Part shown: positions 42,902 through 58,115 of the stretch, in pieces | Layout of the letters: every line of letters begins with the position of its first letter | Numbering within the stretch: the stretch's first letter is position 1 | From: Octopus vulgaris | Taxonomy: Eukaryota | DNA: 64,000 nucleotides | Reading direction: 5' to 3' | NCBI GenBank assembly: GCA_951406725.2 | Contig: OX597816.1 | Coordinates: 120,280,001 to 120,344,000, forward strand | The notes under the pieces: model-generated | Databases searched by the model: none | What the model was told of the DNA's origin: nothing | What the model saw: only the letters and a program-made list of their open reading frames with translations | Position numbers and translations under genes: made by a program

Positions 42902-45900
42902 TGTTTGTGCATGTGAGTGCGTCCTTGGGATTGTGTTGTCCCCCACCCCACCACAATTAGTGTCGATGTGCTTATGTTCCAGTAAATTAGAGGTTCGGCA
43001 AAAGAGTCGATTAAATAAGTACCAGGCTTAAAAAAAAATATTGGTGTTGACTCATTCGACTAAAAATTCTTCAAGGCTGTGCTCCAGCAAGTCTGCAGTC
43101 TAAGTAAAAGATAGGTAAACACAAACACACACATACACACACATACACACAAGCACAAACATACACATAAAAGCGTTAATTGCATGGGGGACAACTCACT
43201 TGCGCTTTTTTCACAAATAAAGCATGGCAGGAGCGCTTAACTTGGTACAATGCAGACATTCATTGTACATGGTCATTACAATTCTTATTTCTGGAGAACG
43301 AAACAAAACTAGAGTATATTAGTAACCTCATTTAACCTTCAAATCATTATCGTGTGTTATTTTGGAGCATAATTAAATCAGCAATTAATCATGATTTAAA
43401 CACGCATAAAGAGCAATTAGTGATGAAAATCTGAATTCTCAAAATTGAATGATTAATTACAAAATTGATATGATAATGCCTCACCCTGATTTTTTTTATT
43501 TATTTAGAAATAAACCATCAGATTAATTAAGAATGTAAAGTTAATAATTTTCCGATATTTAAAGACTCTAATAAATGTTTAAAGTAAAATTAGAAAGAGA
43601 AAATAAACTAAAAGAAAAGAAAGAAATTCTTAATAGGTAGCATTCTGAAAAGAAGATAACTAGAAACACTACTTAAATTCGTGTCAAAGAACCGTGACTG
43701 TTGGAATTGATTCTCGTAGTCATGGAGTAAAAATATCACAGATCAGTATTTAAAAAAAATTTTATTGAGAGGCATTTGAATAAATCATCTGAGCGATAAA
43801 ACACAGCGAACAAACCACTTTAAAGGTATTTTAATATCGCGGAGCTTAAAACCCCTGTGAGTATAGTTTATATAGTGAAATAATGAATTAATAAAAGTGT
43901 TAGATAGCAGAATGGATTGGCAGAAATAGTAGAGAAAACGAGATGCTGTATTTAGTTATAATCTATGTTCAGAAGGATTGCCCTCTCTTTTTATCCTTCT
44001 GAAGCAGATAAAGTATCAATCGACCAATGGAGGCTTTGTGCCTATGTTAGAAATCACTGCGAAATGCGTTAGAAATAACAGCTAGTTTGATGGTTGCGAA
44101 TGCGTTTAGATATTCATAATAAACACCATGGATATGAAGTATTAAGTATAGATTTCGAAATTTAGCACAAGGCCACATATTTTAAGAGAATAGTTAATCG
44201 ATTTAATCGATATCCAGTATGAGACGAAATATTAATGGGTCCCAGAAATATAAAAAAAAAAAACAAACCGACCATGACGGGATCAGAAATCAAATCATAA
44301 GTCAAGAAAAGAGAAAAATAAAAGTGTTTTCAGATACACTTTTACAGAAAATATCTAAAAATAAACGAAAACAGTACACAATATGAGCAGAAATATAGAG
44401 ATCAATTAATAGAATGAAATTATCAGAGAAGTAGCCTCTGCTAGCTGGAAATACATATCAAATCTCTCTCATACCGAGTTCTACACCTTGAAAAATGAAG
44501 GAGACATTTGATAATGTACTCCTTGATACATAATGTTATAGAAAAAGATGGATGCGCATAGGTACAACATCTTTATTCGTTGATCTGCTAAGTTAGAGCT
44601 GACCTGGAATTAACCACCATAACGACAAATGAAAATGGGTGCTATCAAAAGCAATTCATTAACTCAATATTAATCTATTAATTCAATATGGATTTATTGG
44701 AGAAATTGAATAACATTTCGGTATTCTGAAGATTCTTGTGTCGAACTATTTATATGAGAATTATTAAAGACATATTTATTTTATTAAGCCGAGTAATTTA
44801 TTTATGATAGATAAATTAAAAATATGTTCATAAGTAAGGATATTAATGTGACTATTGTTTAGGTTCAAGTCACCTCTGATCGATCAAAGCTATAATCAAA
44901 GTCATTCCAGGTATGACTATCCCATCTTATTATTTTAGGTAGTGGGGTACATTATCTAATGTCTTCCCCCTTTTAAGGCGATAGCATGCATTTTTAAAGA
45001 AACTTAGATCCTGTGACTGCGAGGAGATTCTCTCAAAGTTTTATAATCGATTCTGTGGTCAAGTAAGCGGTTTTCTTTTAACTGGTACTACAACCTGATG
45101 ATAGGCATGTATTAATTAATTACACAGAAATGAAATTAAACACACTACCAGAGGAATTAGAACTGGGTTTCTTAAAAAAAAAAGTTGAAAAAAGCTTTTG
45201 ATCGTATGTGATAGTTAATATTTATAAAGGAAGACTCAAACGTGTGTTTTCAAATAAAATGAGTTTTATCGTTGTTGGAACCAATTAATTCATATTCATA
45301 ACTAACTTCCTTTAACCCGAGCAATAATGTAGCCATAGTGAATTCATTGAATTGGCGGCTTTCATTAAAATTTTGAGATGACAGTTAAACATAAAAATGA
45401 GAAGATATTCGTAGAAAGTCAAGAGTATTAATCTCGTTCAACACTAATTATGGCAATAATAAACAATTTTAAAGTGTTAAGAAAATCAATGGAACTCGGG
45501 TAAATGTTATAATTTAATAGGATTAGAAAATACAAGACCAGTTATTTATTACCTGAACTCTTACTGTTATAAGCACACCCACCGGAAATCTATGGAACTT
45601 CTTGCAACACTTCATGTCTGAAATGGCATGAATTATATGTAAAGCAATATGGAACATGCGATGTGTCGATTCTGAAGCTCTGGAAGATAAGAAATTTATA
45701 ATACTGCAACAATACCGTTGTTTTAAATGGCTTCCATTAAAATCTTACTGTTATGTTTCTGAATGGTCTCATGATCTAATCCTTGAATCGCTAATGTTAC
45801 TATTCTGAAAAATAAAACGAGCGTTTAAGAATAATTATTACCATAAGTTTCTTAGTCTAAGGTTCCTTCTTTGCAATTCATAAATTGAAATGTCTAAAAG

Positions 45901-47209
45901 GTTTTAGAGAATGGAAGGACGACCAGTATTCTTTCATGAGCATTTTAAATACAATGATATACACTAGTAGTTGTTGTATAACAGCAATAATTGTTTTGCT
46001 TACACATGGCGATTACGATTATTCACTGCTCTAGGCTTTAGAAGTCCTTGGACTGGTAAAGTAATCAAGTTAAAAGATGAATCACAATCACTGTAACCAG
46101 ATTTTATATTGTTTGTTTTGATTATAATTGTTTCAGTATTTTCGCATTATTTTTATTTGCATAATTATTCATTAATATGAAAGGAATAACTAAAATATTT
46201 TAAAATTCACTTTAGCAGTTACGTGTGAAGTTTTTTCTCTACATGATATTGTTTGCGCAATAAAAAGCATGATTATGTTATTTTTAGTCTCCAAGACAGC
46301 ATTAATCGAGCGGACTGATGATTAAAAAAAATTTCAATCGTGATATTATTGTGTTTTTAAATAGTGTATACTAAGAACGACATTATTCAATGTTTCATTT
46401 TCTTTATTGAAAAATATAGGATATGGCATGAAAATTTGGTTGCTATTTCTAAGCAGGTCAAACGACTGCATATAAGCTTTCTTCTTGGCTCTATGATATT
46501 CATTAAATTAACGCAGGCGATCCTTATACATAATTTCTTTACGTGCCAGTTAATTCTTTAATGTAACTACACTACAGTAAATAATGATAAAACCGAACAT
46601 GAAATTGAAATAGGTAAATTAATCTATAGTTTCTTAAAAATAATATTTTGTTTCATCTGAGTATTAATGTCTAATAAAATATTAAAATACTAATTGCTCA
46701 CAAATATATCCCAATTGTTCCTTTGTTAACTAATTCTCTATTAGCTCTTATTAGAGTTTCGGTATTCTGTAACTATAATAGTTTATACAGATAAACATAC
46801 TTAGCGTCCTCGTGAAAGAATATTGTCCTATACATATTTTCTTCAAAAGTATTTTCTTCCGATAATTTCCTAGGAAAATTCTTGAATAGATTTTATCTGA
46901 AAATGATACATTCATAGCAATAACCACATATATTTCTGAAGTTTCTTTGCCACTCAAATAAAATTTTTATTCAACTATCCTTTAAGCTGATTTTCCGATC
47001 TTAAACTTAAAAATCTGATAAAAACAAGACCTTTTGATCCATACAGATATTTTCGGAATAACATAAGTAATTTTGCATAGTGATAGACAAAACAAGTACA
47101 TTATTTTAAAAATTTATTTATAAATCCGTTCTCTTCAAAATAAAAAGATATTCTTTAAATATCAACTGACATATATTTAGTTAGAACATACAGCGGATAT
47201 AGAAGTCGT

Positions 47210-47578
47210 TGTGGAACTCCATCGGTTACGACTACGTGGGTTACAGTTGATCCGATCAACGCAACAGCCTGCTCATGAAATTAACGTGCAAGTGGCTGAG
47301 CACTCCACAGACAGGTGTACCCCTTAGCATAGTTTTCGGAGATTCAGCGTGACACAGAGTGTGACAAAGCTGGCCCTTCGAAATACAGGTACAACAGAAA
47401 CAGGAGAAAGTGTGAGAGAAAGCTGTGGCGAAAGAGTACAGCAGGGTTCACATTCATCTCCTGCCGGAACATCGTAGAGCTTTAGGTATTTTTGTTCAAT
47501 AAACATTCACAACGCCTGGCCTGGGAATCGAAACCGCGAGTCTACAACCGCGAGTTCGCTGCCCTAACCACTGGGCCT
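47210..47578 (-). mobile_element. SINE family B
   Basis: Reverse complement of 42122-42500. Confidence 0.88.
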
Positions 47579-47909
47579 CTACAGATACAGAAGTAAACAG
47601 TTAGGGAAGTAAACAATTGACTAGTTTAAACTAATAAGAGCATTTTCTTTTGAACGGGAATCGCTTTTATAGATAGACTGCCGTGTTCCTAGGAAAACCG
47701 GAATTTAAAAAAAATATATTTTAGTCTGGAGGGCAGGTTGTACACATGGCCTTCACGATTAGTGGAATATTTCTTTATTACCCACAAGGGGCTAAACATA
47801 GGTGGGACAATACACACATGCGGGGACAATCAACACATGAAAGAATGGAATAATGAAATTATACAATGAAGCTGGAACGCCACTCCAGCCCCGCTCCGGG
47901 GTGGTTACA

Positions 47910-48045
47910 TTATTTCAATTATTTCAACAGTTCTTTTCAAAGTTATTTCAACATTTTTCAAAAGCTCTTTTCAAAATTATCTCAATAGTTCTTTTCAAAA
48001 TTATTTCAATAGGTCTTTTCAAAATTTTCTCAACAGTTCTTTCTT
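47910..48045. repeat. 24-bp minisatellite, about 5 units
   Basis: Unit approximately TTCTTTTCAAAATTATTTCAATAG. Confidence 0.8.
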
Positions 48046-48675
48046 ACCATTTTTTATAGTTCTTAATTTCCTTATAGTTCACCACTGGAGCGCTGGGTTC
48101 GAAATTCACCTCGGGCCCCAGTGAGTTTATATCCGATGGGAAAGCCTCTTTTAACTTTCTATACTTATCTTTTTCCATTAAAATTCATCTCGTCTCCTTA
48201 TCGTAACCCTCCGAGAGGTTCACTTTAACAATGTCTTTCATCTTAGAAGGAAGGAAGGAAGGCATCCTCAAGTCAGAGATTTGGCTTGGATGCTTACAAC
48301 AAAGTAGACTTCGCTAAAAGTAACCAAAGTGCCAGGTGCTGCTGCTAAACTGGACGACAAATTAAGTCTACTACCGTACCAAAAATATCTACATGAGCTT
48401 AATTTGCTCAAGATCTCTCTCGCTCTCACTCACACACACACATTGAATTACACATTTTAATAAAACATACAAAACATTTTATGTTCGTAATAGTTGCTCT
48501 TTGGAGTATTGCCCAAAATTTCTCTTCACTTTTCTTTCACTTTTTCATAAACATTTATGTTAATATGAACTCTTTCACATCCTAGAAAATAAGGATCATG
48601 TCACATAAATATATTATATAATTGGACACTTCAGACTGCTATGATTTCTGTTACCTTTATCGTACATTATAAAAT

Positions 48676-48985
48676 GTGAAGGCACCTGGCTTAGTGGTTA
48701 GTGTATTCGGCTCACGATCATGAGTTCGATTCCCAGTAGTGCATTGCGTCATTGAGCACCTACTATATTTCCCATTACTCTATTTCACTCATATGGCAAA
48801 AATGAGTTGTACATGTAGCTCAGTGAGCCAGCCTTGTCACATTCACACTGAATCTCCTTGAGAATTGCGATACAGGTATGTGTGTCGGTGAAGTACTCAG
48901 CCACTTGCACGTTAATTTTACGAGCAGTCTGTTCCGTTGATCGAATCAACTGGAACACTCATCATCGTAACCGACGGAATGCCCC
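48676..48985 (+). mobile_element. SINE family B, diverged
   Basis: TGGCTTAGTGGTTAG head; GCCAGCCTTGTCACA; CAGCCACTTGCACGTTAAT; GTAACCGACGGA tail. Confidence 0.8.
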
Positions 48986-49805
48986 AGTATTATAAAATAT
49001 ATTTTTATGACTCATGGTGATTTCGTGTGTTCAGTCACTTTTGTTATATTCTCTAATCTGCCATTATTTTTGTACCGGGCTATATTTTCGAAATTCTCGT
49101 ACAGTTTAGATCCATGATGATTAACATATTTCTTCGTAACGTTCTTATACTACTTTTGATAGATAAATTATTTCTATATCCCTACTACAATCATGTTCAT
49201 TTATTTGCTTTACAATCAGCAATTTATTTTTGTAACATATTCTTTATCCTTTTTATCTAAAATAACCCCAACCAATTTGTATTCTGTCGATTCACTGTAT
49301 ATCGAATGTAAATATACCGCGCACTCTACAATTATAATGTAAGGTTGCTCAAATACAAAAATAGTCTATGTTACTATTTTCGTATTTGCCTGTAAATAGT
49401 TTGTAAGTATTTACGTTATGCAGGAACTAATCTTGCTGATGTTAATTATTGGATGTTACTCCATTTTAGCATACATATACGAAAGGTGAATGAACTTCCA
49501 AATGCGATTCAGTAACATTTACACGAATTTTCTGTAAATTTTGTGTATATTTGCATTGAATAGAAATGAATTGGCTACCAAAGGTATATGCAGAATACGC
49601 GCGACTTCTTGCTATATTTATAACTTCTTGTTTAATCCTTGCTACAAAGTTCTATAGCCACCAGTTTCTTTATATGCATATTCCACGTGCAGATGGCTGT
49701 GAACAAAATTTTGATTTTTATAAACCCTGTTTAACTGGCTATTAGATTGTGAGAATAACGGTTTATATTTCAACGTCTTGATGAATTAATATATTATTTA
49801 TGTTA

Positions 49806-50037
49806 AGGCTGTGAGCTGGCAGAAACGTTAGCACGCTGGGCGAAGTGCCTAGCCGTATTTCGTCTGCCGTTACGTTCTGAGTTCAAATTCCGCCTAGGTC
49901 GACTTTGCCTTTTATCCTTTCGAGGTCGATAAATAAAGTACCAATTACGTACTGGGGTCGATGTAATCGACTTAATCCCTTTGTCTGTCCTTGTTTGTTC
50001 CCTCAATGTTTAGCCCCTTGTGGACAGTAAAGAAATA
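49806..50037 (+). mobile_element. SINE family C, full length
   Basis: Head GAGCTGGCAGAAACGTTAGCAC, B box GAGTTCAAATTCC, GCCTTTTATCCTTTCGAGGTCGATAAA..GTACC core, tail TAGCCCCTTGTGG. Confidence 0.9.
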
Positions 50038-50054
50038 TATATATATATATATAT

Positions 50055-51400
50055 AAGACAGCGAGAAAACTGTAAGTCATATGGTTTAATTTCTCTTTTT
50101 CTCTCCAGGTTCAAAAATCTCCCTAGAATGTTTTTTAATATTGCCGACAAGAATTTCCATGTGGGCCATAAATATTGTAATTACCTAGGAACTTAGTTAA
50201 GAATATTTCATTTAGATTATCTAAGTTATCTGCTAATGTTGACATTTTCAATGATAACACCGAATTTTATAACTCTGCCTTACTTAAAGCAGGTTATACA
50301 GAGAAAATTATCTACATTGATTCTATTCAGCCTTTTTCTAACTTTACTAATGCAGATACGAAATTTAGTTGTAAAGGAATTAACAATATCAATTTTAATT
50401 TATACTCCGAAACAAAACGGAGGAAGGGAGATAACACTTATTTAATCCCCCATTATCATTCTAAAGGTAAATTTAAGTTTTTCAAAAATAATTTCACTAA
50501 AAATAAGATAAATAGTAGTAAAACAATTTGGCTAATTATTCCATACGAGAGGCAAATTAAATCTAATCTCCCATTGCAGTTCCGTGAAGCTATTATTAGG
50601 AATTTTCCAAAGAATTCTAGGTATTACTCTATTATCGGCTCACATACGGTTAGGATTGGTTTTTCCAACACTAAACATCTCTTACAAATTATCTCTTCAT
50701 ATAATAACAACCTGTTAAATATAAATACATTTACTAATACTAACATTAATTTAGCTAATACCATCCATCCCTCTAGAAATATTAATAACAAGGTTATTGT
50801 ATCTGAAGTCAATTCCAACAGAATCAAGTTTATGTCGAGTAACTCAAAAATTAAAAATTCTATATACAAGTGTAAAATTTCTACTCATAATCAAGTACAA
50901 TTTTACATTAGAAGCACGTCTTTACAGTTATCTAAAAGGATTTCTAACCATTACTCGACATCTAGGGATAGGAATAAACGTAACAGTACAGGGCTCAGTA
51001 AATTAATTTGGTATCTACAAGACCATAATAAACAGTTTAATTTAGAATGGTTGATTCTCTCAATCTCAATACTTTATGACAAAGGCAAGGAAGTCTGTCT
51101 TCTCTGTAATTCTGAACTATTTTTCAATATTTTTTTCTAAAAATATCCTAGTAAACACGGTTATACATTGGCAAAAACATACCCTTTGTTCATATAAGTG
51201 ATCTCTATCATTATATATAATTTAGACATTAATTTTATTTTTATATTTCACATTCACGAAAAATATATATTTTTAGGTTTTATTTAATATACATATAGTC
51301 ATATACTTCTCATTTATTTAGCTTTTCTTTAATTTATCCCTCCTCTTTCTATAGGCTACCTCTGACAATATTAACAGCGTTCAGTTAATCACTATACATA
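50055..51400 (+). pseudogene. Penelope-like element 3' remnant (GIY-YIG endonuclease, ORF 50574-51140)
   Basis: SIYKCKI..FYIRSTS..KRISNH..STGLSKLIWYLQD..LEWLIL..YD..CLLCNSE fits the PLE GIY-YIG pattern; bounded by (TA)n. Confidence 0.8.
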
Positions 51401-51457
51401 TCCATCATTTGTATATATATATGTTTAGATATATATATGTATATATATACATATATA

Positions 51458-51489
<32 letters not shown>

Positions 51490-52033
51490 CAGGGTCAGGC
51501 AACAATGATCTGACACATTTGTAGGTTAAATAAAAGGCATTGTTTTTCGTTTCTTTTTCAGTTGTTGCCATGAATTGGACTGGTGAGCATCGCGCTTTCA
51601 TTGTGGAAACGTTTATCAAAACAAACGATTCTGTAATTGCAACACAAAGAGCGTTCCGTTTGCACTTTAATCTTGGTGGACATGATCCCGTACCAGCTCG
51701 AAACACGATCTTGTTATGGGTTACCAACTTCAGAGCTACTGGATCTGCATTGAAACGAAAATCAACCGGCCGAACAACTTAAAGATGCAATTCGTCAAGA
51801 AATTACTGCCATTCCACATGAAATGACCCGCCGAGTTATTGACAACTTTCGTGAACGCCTTCGACAGTGTGTGGACAATAATGGATCCCATTTGACTGAT
51901 TTAATTTTTAAAACATAATGAAACAAAATGGCATTATATGTACTTTTCGAAAATAAAAACACTTTTTTGTTTCTTTACTTCATTTGCCTTTTATTTAACC
52001 TACAAATATGTCAGATCATTTTGCCTGACCCTG
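51490..52033 (+). mobile_element. Internally deleted DD41D-type transposon with intact ~50-bp TIRs
   Basis: TA|CAGGGTCAGGCAACAATGATCTGACACATTTGTAGGTTAAATAAAAGGCA and its inverse ending at 52033|TA. N-terminal MNWTGEHRAFIVETF..QRAFR fused out of frame to C-terminal LKDAIRQEI..RLRQCVDNNGSHL. Confidence 0.92.
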
Positions 52034-52306
52034 TATATATATATGTGTATATATATATGTATATGCATGTGTGTGTATATATATAGATATGTCGGTGTTC
52101 GTATATGTAGATATGTACTTGTACGTATGTGTAGATATGTACGTGTACGTATGTGTAGATATGTACCTGCACGTATATGTAGACATGTTCGTATGTATAT
52201 TTATACACCGAACCTGTGATATTTAATGTAGTTGATATATTTAATCTGTCTAATTTCTTTATCCGCATAATTGCCCCTCCCTCTTTATCTACCTATCTAT
52301 CTATCA

Positions 52307-52391
<85 letters not shown>

Positions 52392-52789
52392 TTATGTGTG
52401 ATAAATATATGGCACAGGAAACTAGAGAGTTACATACTGCAAAAATACACACATTATGCTCAAAAACCGTCTCAACCCTTATTAGTTATCAGCTAAAAAG
52501 TCATCACTGTTTGTACACTTTCTGATAATATGTCAGCAAGATACTCCACTAGGGTATGAACGAGAGGATCTGATAAACGAACTCGATTAGAATACAAAGA
52601 GACTAATAAAAGTTACGAGTAAAGATGAAGTCTTTAGGCTGAATGGTAAAGAAAGGCGCGTTATGAGGAAGCCTGGGAAATACATACACGCACACACACA
52701 ACACATACACACACATGTATATGTATAACGAAGGAAAGAAATAAACAAGGACAGTAACAGGAAAAAAAAATTAACGGCGCAGCTAGATA

Positions 52790-52980
52790 TTGGTTTCAAA
52801 TTTTGGAACAAAGCCAGCAAAGTCGGGGAAGGAATACTCCAGTGTTCATCTGATATTTCTTCTGTCGCAAATGATGGAATGCAAAATCCACCGCAGTGAC
52901 ATTTGAACCAAGAACGTAAAGACGGACAAAAATCGGTAAGTGTTGCGTCTGTCGTACTAACGATTCTGTCAGCTCACCGC
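52790..52980 (-). mobile_element. SINE family C, diverged
   Basis: GGTTTCAAATTTTGGAACAAAGCCAGCAA tail and CAGCTCACCGC head. Confidence 0.75.
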
Positions 52981-54109
52981 ATTGAAACTGCGTCAACAAG
53001 ACGTGTTGTATGAAGTAACACAATTAAAACTAATGGCGGACCTTTTGGACTTAGAAAAACATGCGCACGAAGATTACAAACTGATTTTTTAAAGGTAGGC
53101 GAACTAAGAATTGGCCATTTATTTTTACAGTGACCGATCTCATTCTTCCAAGGCCTTAATTTGTCATTTTTTTTAAAATTCAGTTCCTGGAAGTTTCATA
53201 TAGAGATAAAATAAAAGTTGGGATAGTCGAAACGAAAAAAAGGAATTGTTAGAAAATTAGAGATAAACGATACCAAGAAGAAAGAAAATCGAAAAATACA
53301 AAGATATATTAAAGAGATACGAAGAAAGAGGGAAAGTAGAAAGATACAAAACTAGAAAGATAAACGCATGCGAGCATTAAAAGAAAGCTGTGTGAATAGA
53401 GAAATAGACTGTGTGTAAGAGTGTATACTAACAGTAAAATTACAATAATAAATTACATAAAATCATATTGCTATACTGAATAGTTCAAATTTTCATGTTT
53501 GTCATATGCCTATTGAACAAAATATAATTTTCTTTTTCGCTGTAAAGTAACTATACTTGACGTTCTATTCTAACAATGAAAATACACTTCACCATATCGT
53601 ATTTCTGTGAGGATAATGATTTTAAGATAATATATAAGTCATGTGATTACTATAGACTCACGTTTGCAATACTAACTATACATACCAAGGCAAAAATGTA
53701 TTACGAGAAAAAAAAAGGTAATGAAGTTAATTATACATTTGCTTTATACGTTCAATTGATAATTTCCAAATTCTTAAAACCACTTCGATAACTGGTTATC
53801 TTCCGAATGAAAAAAAAAAACCCACCAGAAAATTGGTTTAGCATGAGATTGGTGTAAAGCACTAATTTGGATGTGTGTGTGGTATGTATGTATGTATGTA
53901 TGTATGTATGTATGTATGTATGTATGTATGTATGTATGTATGTATCTATGTATGTATGTATGTATGTATCTATGTATGTATGCATGCATGTATGTATATA
54001 ATTATAAGTATATGTGTGTGTGTATATATATATATGCATATACATATGCATGTATATAAATTACACTCCCATATATATGTAATATTTATATATAAATGTA
54101 TACGTATGT

Positions 54110-54692
<583 letters not shown>

Positions 54693-55615
54693 TGAGTGCG
54701 TGCGTGTGCATATCAATGTGTTTTTCAAGTATGTCATTGTTGGATAAGTCTCCTAGAGGATAATATATAACATCACACACACACACACACACACAATGTT
54801 ATACATGTAGCCCCTGGAAGGCTTATCTGACAAGCACATAATTGAAAATAAAAGAGGAAATTAACTATGAATAAAAATAACAGCATTTAGATATTTCACT
54901 TTTCACCTGAATATAAGCTTTGAGGTAAGTTTTGTAAAACAGAATGTGTTTGTATTTAGCATAGCTGGCAATCAATATCTTGATAAGAGGAATGTGTGGT
55001 AAGGACAATTTCAGAATGTTCTATATCCATATAACCTCTATAATTGGTTATACAACTTGGAAACATTAATATGTAGAAAAAAATCGATAAAGAAACGTCA
55101 GCATTACTAGGTATGTATATCTGTGGATTTGTGAGTGAGCGTTCGTTTGTACAAGCGAGAGTATACACAGAGAAACAAACACACTCGTGTATAGTAAAGA
55201 GAAGTACATATGGCCATACCTTGCTAGTTCGTCTAAACGAGGGATTAATTCATTGAGAGTGCTCTATATCTGATCTCAAAATAATTGCGACTACGACCAA
55301 TGTCTATGTGAAATAAATGGAAAGCTTGAATCTTGAACACACCCATATAAAGAAAATATGTGTATACTTAGCTTATAATGACCAGTCGCCTCTCTCTCTC
55401 TCTCTCTCTTACACACATGTGTAGATAGGAACTTGTATTTAATACACGACTAAAATGTAGATTTATCTTTCAGGCAAGGAAAGTTTTTTTCATATTTTCA
55501 TATGCGTTAAATGCAGTTTGTTTCAAATAATAAATTTCCCAAATCAACGTTCCTTATCTTCGTAGTCTCATCTTCAGAATGATGTAACGTTTGTGGTTTT
55601 TTTCATCCTTTTATA

Positions 55616-56900
55616 TCAGGTAATCCCATACGTTTTGTCCGAACTTTGAATAAAGAAAACAAGTGATCAAATGCTATATTTAATTGAAATTTAATAATCA
55701 ATGTACTTTCCCTGATTATCTATGACTTCCTTCAATCTATTTCCAAGATTTTTAATCCCATTAATGTAAAACTCTTGGTTTCAAAGCGAAGAACTCTAAA
55801 ATGTCAGTTTCGACCTCCTCCTGGCTTGCAAAAGTTATGTCCTCCAAATGATTCTGTAAACTACGAAACATATGGTAGCCTGAAGGAGCAAGGTCGAGAG
55901 AATAAGGTGGATGAGGAATTTTTTCCCAACCAAGCTCTTCGATCTTCTGTGATGTGATCTTTGCAATGTGGGGTCGCGCATTGTCCTGATGAAACATCAC
56001 TCCTTTTCGATTCGCTAAAGCTGATCTTCTTTTTCTTCTTCAAATCTTGGTTCAAATGCTCTAATTGCTGACAGTAGACTTGAGCATTGATTGTTGCATT
56101 AGGTGGTAACAATTCAAAGTGAATTACTCCTTTGCAATCCCATCAGATAGAGAGAAGAACCTTTTTTCCATGAAGTTCCCTTCGTGGTTGTGGTTCAGCT
56201 TTTCCCCTTTTACCAAGCCACTGTTTACGACGTTTAACATTTCGATAGAAAATCCATTTTTCGTCACCAGTCACAAGTCTATCCAAAAAAGGTGAAATGA
56301 GTTGGTGAGAATGGAGAAAAGAGCAGATGTCAACTCGGGATTTGCGGTTGCTTTCGGACAATTCATGAGGCACCCGTTTTTCAAGTTTAGGAACATTTCC
56401 AAGTCGTTGAAGATGACGATGAACAGTTGTTTGAACTAAGCTTTATTGTCAATTCTTCAACTGATAATACAGGATTTTCTTCAAGTAATGCCTCAAAGAG
56501 CTTATCATCAAACTCAACTGGACGTCCTGTTCGATCTTCATCTTCAAGACTGAAATCCCCACTTCTGAATTTTACAAACCATCCTCTGCAAGTTCTTTCA
56601 TTCAAGTATTCTTTCCCACAAACTGAGTGTATGCTTTGAGTTGCTTCGGCCGCAGAGTTTCCTTTTTTGTACTCATAAAGCATTATGTGCCTTAAATGCT
56701 CTTTAGATATTTCCATGTTAGAAAGGATTTTAATCAAAGAAATTTTAATTCTATTATTCTATAAAATAATATTTAATTAGTTTAAATGTACACAAATGCA
56801 TAAAAATAATTTTTAATTCCATTAGACATTCCAAAATACTATTAAATTTCATTCAATTTTAAAAAAGGTAAAATCGGACAGAACTTATGGGATGACCTGA
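55616..56900 (-). mobile_element. Full-length mariner (DD34D), 1285 bp, transposase frameshifted
   Basis: TIRs TA|TCAGGTAATCCCATACGTTTTGTCCGA and TCGGACAGAACTTATGGGATGACCTGA|TA. MEISKEHLRHIMLYEYKKG, VPHEL, VTGDEKW, HQDNARPH, HPPYSLDLAPS. Confidence 0.95.
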
Positions 56901-57167
56901 TAGTATGTAAAGCCAATGTAATTTTCACAATCATACGCGCATACATTTTTATGGTAAATTTAATCAATACTTTATAGCTAGGTTCTGAAGAATTTCCATT
57001 AAATATGCCACGATAATCACCATTATTCTCCTGTATGCGAAGAACTGAGTGAGGGTGTGTTTGTATTTATTCGCATTCCACAGTATAGCTATTAGAAACT
57101 GGAGGCTGACTATATTAAATATATCTCAGATTTTCTTATAACCGCTGTTTGTACAAAACATCTATCA

Positions 57168-57285
<118 letters not shown>

Positions 57286-57779
57286 GTGTGTGTATGTGTA
57301 TGTATATATGTGCGTGTATATATATATATATATATATATAATGATATATACATATATATATATATATATACATAAATATATAAATATATACACATATCCC
57401 ATATTTACAAAATGAAATCAGTATTGTTGCATAACTTTAGTTTTTAGCCTGATTGCTATCATACTCTGTGATAAACGTTCCAAACAATTGATTGGTGTAT
57501 TTTGTCAGATTTACAGTTTGTGTGAAACGTCCTGTGGAGTTAACCTACACAGATTCCCATGTTCCTCACTTCCTAGCGGTGGTGACGAGATTACAGTTGT
57601 CGATATCATCTGTGATATTTCACGTCTACACGAGATATTTTCATAGAACGGCTACTGTAGCTTATGAAGTTTAAACAATACAGCCAAGTGAAGTTGCATG
57701 TGTAAATTAATATTCATTACAAAAACTGCAGCCGTTGCTAATAGGTTTATCTGTGTGTGATGAATATGTCTTTTAACAT

Positions 57780-58115
57780 TATCTTTTACTTGTTTCAGTC
57801 ATTGGACTGCGGCCATGTTTGGGCAGCGAAAGAATCGCCCCCGATAGAATAAGTCACGTGTTAATTTATCGGTCTCTTAGGCCGAGCGGCTACAGTACAA
57901 GGGAATAAACAAATACCGGTGGTAGGCGATACTCACAGATAGATTTATATATACATATGTATTTTCGGCGTGTTTCTTTTAGTTTGCGACTATCAAGACG
58001 TTGGTCAACCCGAGGCAATTGTAGAAGACACATGCCCAAGATGCTACGCAGTGCGACTGAACCCAGAACCATGTGGTTGAGAAGCAAACGTTTTACTACT
58101 CAACCACGCCTGCGC
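57780..58115 (-). mobile_element. SINE family A; a more decayed head follows at about 58160-58330
   Basis: CTTGTTTCAGTCATTGGACTGCGGCCATG tail; GACTGAACCCAGAACCATGTGGTTG head. Confidence 0.8.

Larger units (their letters stand above)
41961..43110 (+). mobile_element. SINE family A interrupted by two family B-headed SINEs
   Basis: Head 41961-42055; 3' half 42890-43110 (GGTTCGGCAAAAGAG, AAGGCTGTGCTCCAGCA). Confidence 0.7.

Noticed and set aside
46700-47180. Possible further Penelope remnant on minus (KNFP-like motif); similar weak hints at 60950-62300
   Set aside because: Too decayed to support by eye without a profile search.
48300-48420. Coding-looking stretch KVPGAAAKLDDKLSLLPYQKYLHEL as a host exon
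   Set aside because: No convincing splice signals or recognisable homology.
50058-50087. GAAAAC-TGTAA-GTC-ATATGG as the 3' half of a hammerhead at the start of the PLE remnant
   Set aside because: The 5' half is absent (replaced by TA repeat); too little to call.
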